Shown here one piece after another: positions 13,168 through 27,200 of a stretch of DNA of 64,000 nucleotides (its first letter is position 1; each line of letters begins with the position of its first letter). The notes under the pieces were generated by a model. It was not told where the DNA came from. It saw only the letters and a list, made by a program, of their open reading frames with translations, and searched no databases. This DNA is from Octopus sinensis (lineage: Eukaryota), in assembly GCF_006345805.1 (NCBI RefSeq), contig NC_042997.1, positions 119,598,001 through 119,662,000 on the forward strand, written 5' to 3'. Made by a program: the position numbers and the translations under genes.

Positions 13168-13460
13168 ATATAATATATAATAGGGTAAAACTAATTAATT
13201 TGGAATAATCAATTAATTTCACCAAGTAGATTTCGGCATGTAAAAGCCTCGTTCGAGGAAAGTTTAAGTAATACTAAGTAATTAAGGGTTGAGCAACGAT
13301 TTGCCTCACCACACACCGAATTTAGAAATAGCAGTCAAAGAGTTATAGCTATTCTTTCTACTAAAAGGGAGATCTCAGTAAAACCACAGCACTTGAAAGG
13401 CAAACACAAACAGGTAAGAGAGAAAGAAATGACAGCAATCTATCATACAATTTTAAGTCA

Positions 13461-13551
13461 CCTACGGACGTACGTTTCGAGATTAAGTTTTAGGATAGCA
13501 TAAGAATTAGATAATTATGTCTTACCCAACTTCTTCTCTCATCAGCGTAGG
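13461..13551 (-). ncRNA. Type I hammerhead ribozyme motif, intact core
   Basis: Reverse complement reads CCTACG-CTGATGA-GAGA..TCTC-GAAA-CGTACG-TC/CGTAGG. Confidence 0.85.
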
Positions 13552-14209
13552 ACACTACAATTATGAATAATTGTATATTAAATTTCGAGATACTAGAAGG
13601 CATCATCTCAACTCAGTATCAGAGCGAGCTAAAACCGTTACCAGTATCACTAAATTCAAAGTGTGAATGAAAGTTCGTGTCAGCAACCCCTTCCCACCCG
13701 CGTGTAGCCAAGACAAGATGTTGCGGTCATTTACTGGGATGAAATATGGTTATCAGTAATAAAATAGGGTAAAACTAATTAATTTCACCAAGTAGTTTTA
13801 CTGAGATCTCCCTTTAGTAGAAAGAATAGCTATAACTCTTTGACTGCTATTTCTAAATTCGGTGTGTGGTGAGGCAAATCGTTGCTAAACCCTTAATTAC
13901 TTAGTATTACTTAAACTTTCCTCGAACGAGGCTTTTACATGCCAAATCTACTTGGTGAAATTAATTGATTATTCCAAATTAATTAGTTTTACCCTATTTT
14001 ATTACTGATAACCATATTTCATCCCAGTAAATGACCGCAACATCTTGTCTTGGCTACACGCGGGTGGGAAGGGGTTGCTGACACGAACTTTCATTCACAC
14101 TTTGAATTTAGTGATACTGGTAACGGTTTTAGCTCGCTCTGATACTGAGTTGAGATGATGCCTTCTAGTATCTCGAAATTTAATATACAATTATTCATAA
14201 TTGTAGTGT

Positions 14210-14300
14210 CCTACGCTGATGAGAGAAGAAGTTGGGTAAGACATAATTATCTAATTCTTATGCTTTCCTAAAACTTAATCTCGAAACGTACGTCCGTAGG
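14210..14300 (+). ncRNA. Type I hammerhead ribozyme motif, intact core; predicted cleavage after GUC at 14294
   Basis: Stem I CCTACG/CGTAGG; CUGAUGA 14216-14222; stem II GAGA/TCTC with extended imperfect hairpin; GAAA 14283-14286; palindromic stem III ACGTACGT. Confidence 0.88.
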
Positions 14301-14487
14301 TGACTTGAAATTGTATGATAGATTGCTGTCATTTCTTTCTCTCTTGCCTGTTTGTGTTTGCCTTTCAAGTGCTGTGGCTTTACTGAGATCTCCCTTTTAG
14401 TAGAAAGAATAGCTATAACCCTTTGACTGCTATTTCTAAATTCGTTGTGTGGTGAGGCAAATCGTTGCTAAACCCTTAATTACTTAG

Positions 14488-14577
<90 letters not shown>

Positions 14578-16746
14578 TATATAATGAATGATAAAACGAA
14601 TGGTTTGCAACTGGTAGCTTACTGCTAATTCATCATCATTGTTCGACCGTGGTCGAGACCATAGTCTTTTCAAATGTCTAATAATGTGTGCGCGCGCCAC
14701 TACTACACATATTGGAAAGCATTGTACAACCAAGCAATAAAGAAGATCTTTCCCCCTCCATGAAACAAAGCTATTCCCGCTGGAAGTCAACCCTGTCTTT
14801 CTAAGCTACGGACCGAGTGATTTATTGTAAGATTGCGTTCTCTACGGCTAAGGAGCCCTTTCTACCCCACTGACAAAGGCTGTACTGGTTTACAGTTTAC
14901 CAGTAGTAGGATCCGATGCTGCATACATCGGACCTGACCGGACAAGGTAAAACACGGTCACTTTCACAGTGATTCTCAGGTATATGCCAAATAAGAGACG
15001 AAAGTGGAACATAAAGAATATATTATTAAACATGACAATCGTTTCCACACATCTACCACTGATTCCGCTTGGCTGGGACACTCAAAATCTGGTTCAGAAG
15101 CATCCAGTAGTGCAGAGGTATCTCGTCGTGTGATAGATAAATACAACTCGTGAAAATGATTGTTCCGCAATATAACTTTCCATTTTATAGAGAGAAAAGC
15201 AGCTGAACGGAGGAAATGTTTTCATTTGCCCTATACATACATGCATACATGATTATACACACACACGCATATATATATATATATATATTATATACACAAC
15301 CATATATTTTGTGCGCATACATATACATGTCGGTTTGCATATATTTCTATGTGTGCGCTATGTGGTGAGAGCATTTGTTTACATATATTCCTCTGTAAAA
15401 TTTCAGATATGACCAGGGCAAATATTTCTATTATGAAATCATTCTGCTTATTTCTCTGCTGTACGTATCTCACAAGTCATCTTATCAGAGATACTGTATT
15501 GAAACTGAAACAATTACATCTTGGTATAAGCAATTGAAAGAAACAAAAACAAAATACTCACTTTACTTTATTTCCTGAGTGTCACGAAATAAATGAAATG
15601 TGCTTCATACACGTTTTTTTAAGGGGCTGAACTAAATGGGTTTGCTGCAATATAATTACGTTCCATCTATATTTTCCATATAAAAAGCCAACGCAATAAT
15701 TTATTGCTAACAATTTTTTTTACAGTTTCAGATTTTTTTTTCCTTAAAAGAATTTCCTCCTAGGCATTTCTTAATAGAATTTACCTTCAGCGATATTTTT
15801 TGTAACGATGTAAAGAAAATAGAGAGGTTTTCTATAACAGACAATACATCAATAAAGTCATGTACTGTGCCGTTCAAAACCCTGAAGTGAAGGGTTTGTT
15901 TTAATATATGGAATGAAGGCAGAAAATGCTTGTTAAAAATTAAGTTAGGTTCCTATTTGATGAAGTTGAGCTTTTAAAACAAATATACCACCAAAGACCA
16001 ATTGTAAGAACATCGCAACTGATACAGAAAAATACCCGCGCGAACGCAGTGTCTTATTCTTCATTTAAATGTCTAACCACCCATATTCGTTGAGAGATAT
16101 CTATTTCCCTTGCATTAACAACCATAATTAAGGGCTGCCACATACGAAGTTGTATAAACTTTTAGCATATGAGATTATATAGAAATCCCATTTCAATTTT
16201 TAGTATACATTTAAAACTAATTTTTATTGTTATTACTGCAAATTTAATCTTCTACATAAATCACCGCATGTCGTACATGACGTCCCTCATATTCCTGATT
16301 TTAGAATGCTTCAATTAAAAATCTCCTCGTGATTTCAATTTAAATTATATGTCTAATTAATTTTCTGTATCCTTCGTGCTTCGCATATTTTCCAATTTAA
16401 ATGCTTTTTGGCGATCCTAAATGATTAAAGATGTGAGGGTGCCTGATCTGGTGCACATGGAGAGTGTCGTAAATTTTCCTATTTGCCGGATTATAGAAGA
16501 GACTTTAGTAAATTGTGTGGTGTAAGTTCAAGTATTATCTTGATTAAAGAGAAAAAAGACCTACTGTAAATTATAGTGGGGACTGATTGTTTTAATTGGC
16601 TCTAAAATTTCATAAGGAATAAATCATTTTACATTCTAGAAAATAATTAATAAAATTTTCTGCTAGGGAAAACCTACGTGTTGAGATGGCACAGATTTTT
16701 GATTTGGCTTTAGCTAATTTCTGTGGCACATAATATTCATTGTTTT

Positions 16747-17330
16747 TAAGGCGACGAGCTAGCAGAAACGTTAGCACGCCAGGAGATAATACTTAGCGGT
16801 ATCTCGTCTGCCGTTACGTTCTGAGTTCAAATTCCGCCGAGGTCGACTTTGCCTTTCATCCCTTCGGGGTCAATAAATTAAGTACCAGTTACACACTGGG
16901 GTCGATATAATCGACTTAATCCGTTTGTATGTCCTTGTTTGTCCCCTCCGTGTTTAGCTCCTTGTGGGTAGTAAAGAAATAGGTATTTCGTCTGCCGTTC
17001 CGTTCTGAGTTGAAATTCCGCCGAGGTCGACTTTACCTTTCATCGTTTCGGGGTCCGTAAATTAAGTACCACTTACGCACTGGGGTCGATATAACCGACT
17101 TAATCCGTTTGTCTGTCATTTTTGTCTCCTCTGTGTGTAGCCCCTTGTGGGTAGTAAAGAAATATGTATTTCGTCTCTTTGTACGTTCTGAGTTCAAATT
17201 CCGTCGAGGTCGACTTTGCCTTTCATCATTTCGGGGTCGATAAATTAAGTAACAGTTGCGTACCGGTGTCGATCTAATCAACTGACCCTCTCCTCCAAAA
17301 CCTCTGGCTTTGTGCTTTGAGTAGAAAAGC
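16747..17330 (+). mobile_element. Head-to-tail SINE trimer (one full unit plus two 5'-truncated units, about 185-bp period)
   Basis: Repeated gtatttcgtct..ttctgagttcaaattccg..ggtcgac..ggggtcgat..gtgggtagtaaagaaata. Confidence 0.85.
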
Positions 17331-17514
17331 TTAATATTCGTTTTAAATTTTAGCGCACGGCCAGATAATTCGAGGAGGAAGTTCAGTCTACATGATACTT
17401 GTTTTATCGACCCTGAAAGATGAAAAGTTTAGTCGATATCGACAGAATTTGGAGTCCGAGTGTAAAAACGGACGCAGCGCCGTTATGCATTTTTCCAGTG
17501 CGATAACAAATCTG

Positions 17515-17725
17515 CTAGCTGGCAGAACCGTTATCACGCTGGGCGAAATGCTTAGCGGTATTTTACTTGCCACTACGTTCTAAGTTCAAATTCCACCGGG
17601 GACGTCTGCGCCTTTCTTCCTTTCAGGGTCGATTAAATAAATACCAGTTACGCACTGGGGTCGATGTAATCGACTTCATCCCCTCCCACATATTTTATGC
17701 CTTGTCCTTCCAGTAGAAAGGATAA
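17515..17725 (+). mobile_element. Octopus-type SINE
   Basis: gctggcagaaccgttatcacgctgggcgaaatgcttagcggtattt..gggtcgat..agtagaaagga. Confidence 0.8.
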
Positions 17726-18201
17726 TTGGCTAGCATTAGTTCATATGTGATCCAGGTTGCTTAAGCTTTGCTTCGAAATTGGCCATTGCAGCTTGACTTA
17801 TTCATAATAATGCAGAGATTTCAGTTGACCGGAAAAGGGTGCCTGGCACCGACCATACAGCACTATCCGTTTCATGAAATTTAAGAAGTGGCGTTATTTC
17901 AGTTTGACAAACGCACGTGATATCTTGACTCTTACAATGAAGTAATTACGTCTTCCTAATCAGTGCAGATGTAATCAAAACATAAGCGATATGACAGTCC
18001 AAGTTATTCCGACGTGGTGTTCGAAGGCCTTTCTAGGGTGGTGATACTTCAGTAGACCGTGAATTAATGCATTTTTTCTTGTGAAAGAGTGTGTATACGA
18101 TAGCATAATGACGCTCTTTGTCTTCTACAATATATGGTTATGAATACACATGCGTATATGTACATATACACATACAGACACGCACACACACACATATATA
18201 T

Positions 18202-18254
<53 letters not shown>

Positions 18255-18347
18255 TGAAAGAGATGTATACAGGCACATATATATATATATATATAAGCAT
18301 ATAAACATACACATTCGTGTATATATATATATATAAATATATTACAT

Positions 18348-18414
<67 letters not shown>

Positions 18415-19494
18415 TATGTAAACATAAATGCATACATACTTTTATGTGTATGCGTGTGTGCTTTTATGTGTGTTTGTGTGGAAAAATACAATAAAACTAG
18501 TGTGGTGATTCAGACAGATGTTTCACGATAAATAAATCGTTCATTACTCAGTATTATTGGATTTTTTTTTACACTATAAATATTGAAAGTTATTAATTAA
18601 AAATATGGTTTTCTCATTTTCGTTTCTATTGTTCACAACATTTCATCTCATAATGAATCATTTTAAGATATTTTCAATAATGAATAAATCATAATTCAGC
18701 GCAGTATTTTAGTTTCCTTTGCGGAGTCTAAACATTAATAACCATTACATCAATCGCAGCGATCGAAGTGATATTGAATTCTTCAATTAATGGCCTATAA
18801 TCAAAATAATGAGATTTTCTATTAAAACAATTAGTTTGCGTAGGCTCTGTCTAGTGTATTTCTAACTAATTAAGTATTAAGGTAAACAAACTAGAATCTG
18901 AATTAAAGTTCTTTATAATTTTGCAATGCATCATACATCGTTTGCTTGGCTACACTCGTTAATTACATTCTAATGTGTCCGTCTATTTAAAAATCCCTAT
19001 CGTCCTATGAACCATTTTATTATAATTTTAAATTACCACATCTTACAAGACATATCTTTGCTATTCTGTTTTGATAATTAATCTAGAAAAAAATGCCTTA
19101 ATTAGTCACAGATTTGTGGTCTGTCAACTTTGATCTACTTTGAAGTCTATATATAACAAGGTTACATATTTAGTCGCTTTATTATTTCAGATGCGTCTGA
19201 GAGTAACATCACCTTTCCAAAAATTATGTATAATTTTCAATTGTTTACTTGTTTCAATAATTGGTCTACGATTGCTTTCATTGGCGTGTAACGTGGCATG
19301 GCCGCAATCAAACTAACAGCGATTGGGGGCTGATTAATATAAAGCCAAAGACACATGCAACATAGCCAGCCGCAAACAGCTACCTATATATAGATATACA
19401 GAGAGAGAGAGGGAGAGAGAGAGAGAGAGAAAGGGCGAGAGAGAGAGATAAATAGATAGATTGATTGATATCGATATGTATGCGTGTATGTACA

Positions 19495-19549
<55 letters not shown>

Positions 19550-19589
19550 GTATGCATGTATATGATGTATATACATACAGAAAGGTGTT

Positions 19590-20890
19590 TTAGGTGATGT
19601 CGTATCTTCGTGCAAGGCTTTCTTGATGGGCTTGAAGAAAATTATGATGCCACTTTGCTGTCTTTATTTCTTCACAGTGGTGAGGAGAGTTTTATATGTC
19701 TGCATAGCAGCATCGATGACATTTTTAATTTGGAGAGACTGAACCATATGGGAATCCCATGCTTCCACCGTCCCTTGCCATTCCTTTGCTGTCCCTAAAA
19801 GGTCGGACGGACGTTCGACTGTCAGGCCCACTTCATCCTCCCTTTCGTCTGGATCTGGCAATAACTCCTCTTCACTGGCAGACTTAATTATCTCCAACAA
19901 ATCTTACTCTGTCAGGGTTTCACAGTGGGCATCGATGAGGTCGCTGACATCATCTTGCGCGATGTATTCAACATCTTTGCCATCATGTACATCTGCCAGT
20001 TTCATTGCGTTGTTGACAGCCTCGTGCTGAATATCTTCAGATGAAGAGCCCTCGTAGTCTTTGATACATTCTGGCTACACCTTCTCTCAGCATGCGATGA
20101 GGCTTTCCTTTTTCATGTCTTAAAAGCAGCGTGGATGACTGACAGGTACGTTGTGATCGTGAAGTTTCACCAGTACTCCTTGAACTTGATACTCTCGTCC
20201 GAATCCATTGCGTTCACAAGGTGCTGGAGAGCTCCGAGTGTAAAGTGCCTTGAAGGCATGGACACGCCTTGATCCATAGACTGGACGAGAAGGTGCTGTT
20301 GGACCCCCGGTGATTCAAATCTCAAAAATGACCACGAGCATTATCCATAACAAGCAAAACCTTGAAATCTATAGATACGTTTTGGAGGTTTTTCTTGGCT
20401 TGATGAATGAAGCATTGGTGGAACCAATTGAAAGTTCGAGTTTCGGTAATCCAGGCAGCGGGGTTGTGCATCCATTGATCAAGTAGCCGGTTTTTATTCT
20501 TATTTTTGAAGATCCTCGAGTTCGCGGATTTGTAGATAACTCCTGCTTTTGTCATGAAGCCAGCAGCATTGTCACACCTAATTAGCGTCATTCTGTCTCT
20601 GCGTGCCTTAAATCCTGCGGCTCGGGTTTGTTATTCGTGATGCACGTTCTAGAAGGCATCTTCCATAAAAAGCCAGTCTGATCCATATTAAAAACCTGTT
20701 CCGGCTTCTATCACTTGTCCTCTATCATCTACCTGAAGATATCGAAGTACTTCTCGGCGGCTTCTTTGTCAGTTGATGCTGTCTCTCCATGATTGATTGA
20801 TTGATTGATTCTCCATGCGGAGAAATACACTAAATTTTTAACCCTTTTTGGAAAACGGTCAAACCATTCCTCGCTATCCGTTTCCAAAAG
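19590..20890 (-). pseudogene. Tigger/pogo-family DDE transposase relic
   Basis: WFDRF.KR..HGETASTDKEAAEKY; FNMDQTGFLWKMPSRTC; CDNAAGFMTK; KVLLVMDNARGH; VQSMDQGV; multiple stops and frameshifts. Confidence 0.8.
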
Positions 20891-20960
20891 AAGGGAAACT
20901 GGAGTAAGAAAATCGCCAACGATACACACGTGGTGACATTTTCAAATGACCAGAAGGGAA
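20890..20960. repeat. Fragment of the repeat family found at 51868-52090
   Basis: agaaggg..aaaatcgccaacgatacacacgtggtgacattttcaaatgacc matches 52015-52080. Confidence 0.6.
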
Positions 20961-21005
20961 TATTTATACATACATACATATATGTATATATATACGCACG
21001 CACAC

Positions 21006-21075
<70 letters not shown>

Positions 21076-21979
21076 AGAGTTTGTTTTTGTTGAGAGATAA
21101 ATACAGCGTGAGTGGGAAAGTGTGTAGTTTGTGACACATAGATAGTGAAAGCAGGAACAAATAATACAAGTTAATGAGTACTTCTATCTGAAACAGTCAA
21201 ACGATGTGATACGCGGCTGTTCTAATCAGAGAGAGCTTCAATTGGAAGCCGGCAAATACGGTATATTGTTATTAATGTTTTAGCCTTAAAATGTGTGGAA
21301 AAATATATATTGCCAAGAAAAACGTCATAAAAATCTCGGACGATATTTACGGTGGTTTCCGCGAACAATTATTTGTTCCTCGACCCAGATTTCCACGTTC
21401 ATTTATCAATCAATTTGTCGTTTTCTTCTCACAATTGAATTATGTTGTGTGAAAATATTCACACAGCTGATTGATCACCAATTAGTGCCATTTGTTCGTT
21501 AAAGTTAACATTTTATTTCATTTTTACTAATGCGAAATAAATATCTTGTCTTTCTACTTTTTGTGTTAGTTTACTTATTAAATACAAAATGACATGCCCG
21601 GATGTACACGTTCGAGTAGATTTTTATTGGCAATCACGTATGTTCCTTCTTGAAATTGCCTAGAAAGCTTAATGAAATTAATGCTCTGTTGTTGATTGGG
21701 CCAAAATAGCGGCTATTCGTACGGGATTTGCGTGATGATGGCCAATAAACGCTATTGAAATCGGATTTTCCATCTAGATTTTGATTAAAAAAGGACGAAT
21801 CCCATTTTGGAATTAAAGATTATATTATGGAATTTAACTGATGTACCCACTGTGACTTCTTTTACCTATGTGTACAATTTCCTCGCGTTCAGTTGAAAAA
21901 TGCTGGCGTTACAATCTTTTATACGACACACATACTCACAGAACAGGATTTATATATCGTTTATGTGTGTATGTATCTA

Positions 21980-22053
<74 letters not shown>

Positions 22054-22535
22054 GTGTGTGTGTGTGTGTATGTATGTATATATACATACACACACATATA
22101 TACATACATACATGTAGGGTTTTCAGTTAATATGTAGCTAAATTCTCTGTTCCTTATACTGTTTCATTTAAATCGCGGAAATAAAACATAAAACCATCAA
22201 TTAAGCCTACAAATTGCAGAAATTTCGTCTTGAATATTTCCATTAACGAATTATCATACAATTCAACATCCTGAGATAAAAAAAGCAGAGAAATTATTTG
22301 GCTTCAAAAATAATTTTGTGCATTGAATTAGAATGATATTTTCATTTTTTTCGCGTTTTATACGCTGCTTCCATGCAATGTTATGACATTGAGGAGCATA
22401 GAGAGATGTATTGCTAATCCATTTGCAACAAGTTCGTATGTTATCAATTCCGATTTGTCGAAACGCTACAGACACAGAAACAGACGCACACGCACATCCA
22501 AACATTTATAGATGTGCGCGCTCGTATCTCGTATA

Positions 22536-22613
<78 letters not shown>

Positions 22614-23949
22614 TGTGTACATACATACATACAAGCATAAAACAGTTTAGTGTGCACTTCACTATCATCAAATTCCACGCAGATCTTGTGATAAAATTTC
22701 CCAATTTTAGTGGCTTGCTAAAATTGATGAGCAGTAAAATAGAAACAAGGCCCATTTAGCTAGAAACCTAATATCTCAGCCTTCTATCCGCCAATTCGAT
22801 ACTTTAGATATGTAAATAAATTTTGAAACCATTACATTTAACTATTTGATTCGAATCATTTCAAAGATAGATTTCAATTATATCTTGATTCATATAAATT
22901 GATCAACACTTCTAATAATAATTACAATTTTTAAAGCGAGGTCGATTGATTTTGCGATTTTGTCCATATTGAGTATTGGCTAATTGTTCAGAGTATGATA
23001 AATAGAGTTGTTTACACATGCTGTTTAGACATTGAAAATTTATTTCGATTAAAAATAATGAGAGTCTGAATATCAATACCAAAGCTGATTATAATATTAC
23101 ACACAATACGTTCATAATTCACACCACCTTGTTCCCTTTAAATTAATGTTCAATTTATTCAAAATTTATAGCTAAATAAACATATACTTTTCGCCCGATT
23201 GAACGGTGTACACATGACTTCTATATCAAAATCGACAAAATACCAATAGACACAGTGTAATAGTAAAAAGACTCGAATCCTCTAAACTTGGAAGCATCCA
23301 ATGAGTCCCTAATTTTATTCATGACAAAGTGCAACTGTCGAAAGCTTTTGATGTTATTTCAAGCGGATACAATGACGCCATAGAATTCCTCTGCCTGTTT
23401 CGTATAAAGAGGGTGGCTTATATATCCACCTCGGTTTCTGTCAGTGTTACAAAACCGATATTATGCTCTCAATATAAAGGTGCTCTCTGTTGAGGAGCGT
23501 TTGTATCACATCTCGACCACCACCAGATACTTCTTTTAGCTCATTTTAGTTTAATTCATGAAAATCAAACGTGTCATAAATGTTTTCTAATCTTGTTTTG
23601 ATATTTATAGGTCATTTAACCACAGAAGAACGGGTCGTAATGGTGACGCCTATTAAAGAAGAAATACGTTACCAGCACTCTCCACCAGTCACCATATACG
23701 AATAACCTTATCTTTTTCAATCATGGCATGTCAACTTTGGTGATTTTCTTTTATATATTGTTATGGGGCTGGTCTCAGTTACAATATTGCAATAGTGACA
23801 CAGGCTGTAGAAGAAGAGATCACATTAATTAATCAAGAATTTATATTTTATGGCATTTTATATGCCTGTCTTTGTCTCTTTGTTTCTTTTTCTTGTTTTC
23901 TCTTTCTCTCTATATATTCATAAGCATATATATATGTATACATACATAG

Positions 23950-24011
<62 letters not shown>

Positions 24012-24019
24012 TCTGGGGT

Positions 24020-24215
24020 AAAGAATTATTAATTTGATAATTAATAAATTTTACCAAGTAGTTTCGTATGGAAAGAAAACCATTATCGGTAGAAAGTTTA
24101 ACAAAAAGTGTTTTTTATATATAATTAAATATAATTAAGGGTTAAGCAACAAGTTGCTTCAACACATACCGAAAATTTAGAAATAGCAGCCAAAATCAGC
24201 TCATCCCTTTTTACT
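24020..24215 (+). repeat. Diverged relative of the 13181 element terminus, no hammerhead retained
   Basis: ggggtaaa..attaattt..accaagtag..aattaagggttaagcaac..ccgaaaatttagaaatagcagccaaa. Confidence 0.6.
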
Positions 24216-27200
24216 ACAGATATGACTCCACAGATAACAATATTCTTATATGTGGAATCACATCTGTAGTATTATGTATACATATATATATATGATTATA
24301 TATAAATGAGTATATATGTATATACATGGATACACGCACATATTTATAAACGAATGTGTGTATGTATGATTGTATACTACATATCATTTTCTTGATTTTA
24401 AAGTATACTCCATCCACTACATTGAAATTCTTTGCAAGTATTTTGCCTCTAATTCTATTAATATTTTTACTGGTTTATAAAATATTTGCGCAGCAAAACA
24501 TTATTTTCTCTTCTGTTATGTCAAATGTTATATTTCTATTTTCTTATACCTAAATAAACTTCCATGTTATCCTTGATATTCAACAATTTTTTTCACTTAT
24601 AAATCTTTGCTTAAAACTATTGAATTTTCTGCAAAAGCATGCATATTTTTGTTTCCAACATCTCGCTTAATGTATGTATTTTCCTAACATGCTAACATTT
24701 AAAAGGTTAATTTAATTTATAACCGATAAAAATCATCGCCATTTACTGCCTGGAAATTAAAATAGCCTCAAGCCCAAATTATAGTTGTTTCTCTAAACAA
24801 ATCAAGAATATAATTCTCATTTATCTTCATTTAAATTTTCTCCCTAAAGCAATGAATAAACACTCTGAGCCACATTTACAATTAGTTGTAATCGAAAACC
24901 TATACAGGCGTATTGATGCACGCTCATGTATCCATACGCATATTCAGATATTTATATATATAAATGCATGCAGAGACATGCATATATATATACATATATA
25001 AATACACTACTTGAAATATATATATATGTGTACGTGCCAGCATGTATGGGTGACTGTGCGCGCGTCTATGTATTTGTGTTTGTGTAGGTGTATTTTCTAT
25101 TCCACTATTGGTTCTACTCGGTGGTCGAGACTGTACTGAAACAACATCTTCGCACCTGCTACCTTTTCTACTCTTTCAGTTTTGTTTCTTGCACGAGTTA
25201 TTGGTTCTCCTATGGTAGCAAGTATTAAAGTATGCACATGCTTCACGACTACATTAAAATCCGCTCCATGTACATACTTCAGTTTCATTGGCAATATATT
25301 TAAAACGCCAAAGCCTCTGATCCTTAGATTATTAGTAGTCTCTGCTCATGGTGTGGAACACAAGCTATCGGTATATATATATATATATATATGACTATGC
25401 AGTATTGATAATTTTTGTTATATTCCTATAGATGTTTCTACCATGGTTTAGTGCTTATTCTTCAAGTATCTTTCAATAATTGATTGCACCCGAAGTTTTG
25501 TAACTTCTCTGCTAGTAACCTATCTGTTGTACTAATGCGATATTTCTCTTGAATCAGCATTCGATTTCATTTAAATCTGCTCTAATGTTAATGTTTGCCA
25601 ACCATGTTTAGAAATATTTGCCCAGGATTATGAGAAAAAAACACGGTTTTCTGCTCTATTGCACTAAAACCTCTTAGAAAATATCACTCAAACATCGTTG
25701 CTCTATATTTATCCTCACGACCAGCACTGGATCTGGCCTTGAAATTTACTAACTTTCTGATCATGTGTATTCTGTTCGTAGAGAATTCGGGCGTGGACAG
25801 TGATGGGCTTCAAATAATTCAGAGGTGCAACAGTATTCTTACGACCTGCACATATGCGATACATGACAGCTGCATCAAAAGAGTGTCTCTCGGCCTGAGG
25901 TTATATTCATTATCTGACACTGTTCTCTGAAACATGTAAAGAAACACATACAAAATTGTCTGAAATACGGTATTTCATTTCATAATTTGCAGCAACAAAA
26001 TCGTATCAAACATTGTCAGTTAATCTTTAATATTTTATTTTCAACAGAGGAGACCAAAGCAAGGTAAAACACCGACATTCAGAGAAAAGCTCTGTGATTT
26101 TCACGCACAAATCCCATTGATATTACAGTCAGTGCCACTGGACGTTTGTATAATATAAATGTTATATACACTGCTCTTTTAATCTAATGCATTCTCAAGT
26201 GCATATAGTTATATAATATTTATGATTTTATTAATTTAATTACGAGACAATTAGTGAACTAGAATGACAACTATGCGGAATAAACAATGATTTATACATT
26301 TGATGAATATTTCAATACATTCGTATTGACAAGTTTTCACTTAAGTATTGGAAATTGATGTGACTCGATGAACTAAACCAGATGAACCAAAACTAAATAC
26401 ACCTAATAACTGATTTCAATAATAATTATAGGTTTCGAAAGTCTAAGTGTGATGGGCATTTGTATTTATAACTGGATTAATTAACATAGTCATTATGCAT
26501 GCTATAGATAGCATATAAAGCATTGTTTTTAACTTGTAATAACTGCGCACCTATTAAATTTTGTGACATTTTATATGTCGTTCATATATACTGATGAAGA
26601 CAGGGGACGAAACATCATGTGATTAATTTTAGCAGTGGCTATGCAGCTGTATCGTGTTATTTAGATCAAACAATATCCACTATCTTGTGCAAATATCTTC
26701 TCTCATAGTCTTGCCTCCACCCATCGTATATGAATGAAAAAATAAACTGAATCCGCGTTGATATCACTTGACTGAAAATGTATCCGTGTGTCACAAACCG
26801 AAACGTGGTGTATATTGTGCCACGCTGATTCTGTTTGTGACTTACTTTAATGATACATGTGTATGTGTTTGCGTGTGCGTGTGTGTTTCCATGTTTCTAT
26901 GTGTGTGAACAATCCTTAGACACATGTACGTTAGTTTCACCAGTAGGTACTCCATTTGATCGGGCAATTAGATGTAAATCGTTCAACCCGACAAAATATA
27001 CATTGGCAATAAAATGTATCAGCATTATATTCATGCAAGAGAAATATATCTAACTCATTTTCTAGCTGGTTGAGGCTCTGTAACAAGATTGCATTTCTAT
27101 CACTTGATCATACAGAATATATGCATATCAGTTATATGCATATTTATTCCAAAATACGTATCGTGAGCTAGACAAACGAATATTTGTTGTTCCGGTAAAT

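Larger units (their letters stand above)
13181..14490. mobile_element. Young fold-back element of two oppositely oriented, circularly permuted copies of an about 583-bp hammerhead-bearing unit (Penelope pLTR or retrozyme-like)
   Basis: Left arm 13181-13795 with internal period 584; right arm 13796-14490 with period 582; arms are near-identical reverse complements. Confidence 0.85.

Noticed and set aside
13181-14490. CRISPR-like, plain MITE, or ADAR-footprint reading of the repeat arms
   Set aside because: There are no spacers; the permuted units and hammerheads argue against a TIR element; only about two of the few arm differences are A/G, too few for an editing signature
14890-15170. YMPNKRRKWNIK piggyBac-like peptide, small hairpins and a possible exon
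   Set aside because: A single short motif with no supporting flanking motifs; frames are interrupted; hairpins do not form a known ribozyme
25097-25345. Protein-like minus-strand ORF (ETTNNL..KYVHGADF..)
   Set aside because: No recognisable domain and a weak acceptor; could be a transposase relic or chance
26591-26625. CTGATGA...GAAAC hammerhead-like string
   Set aside because: Stem II does not pair, the triplet would be GUG, and there is no clear stem I
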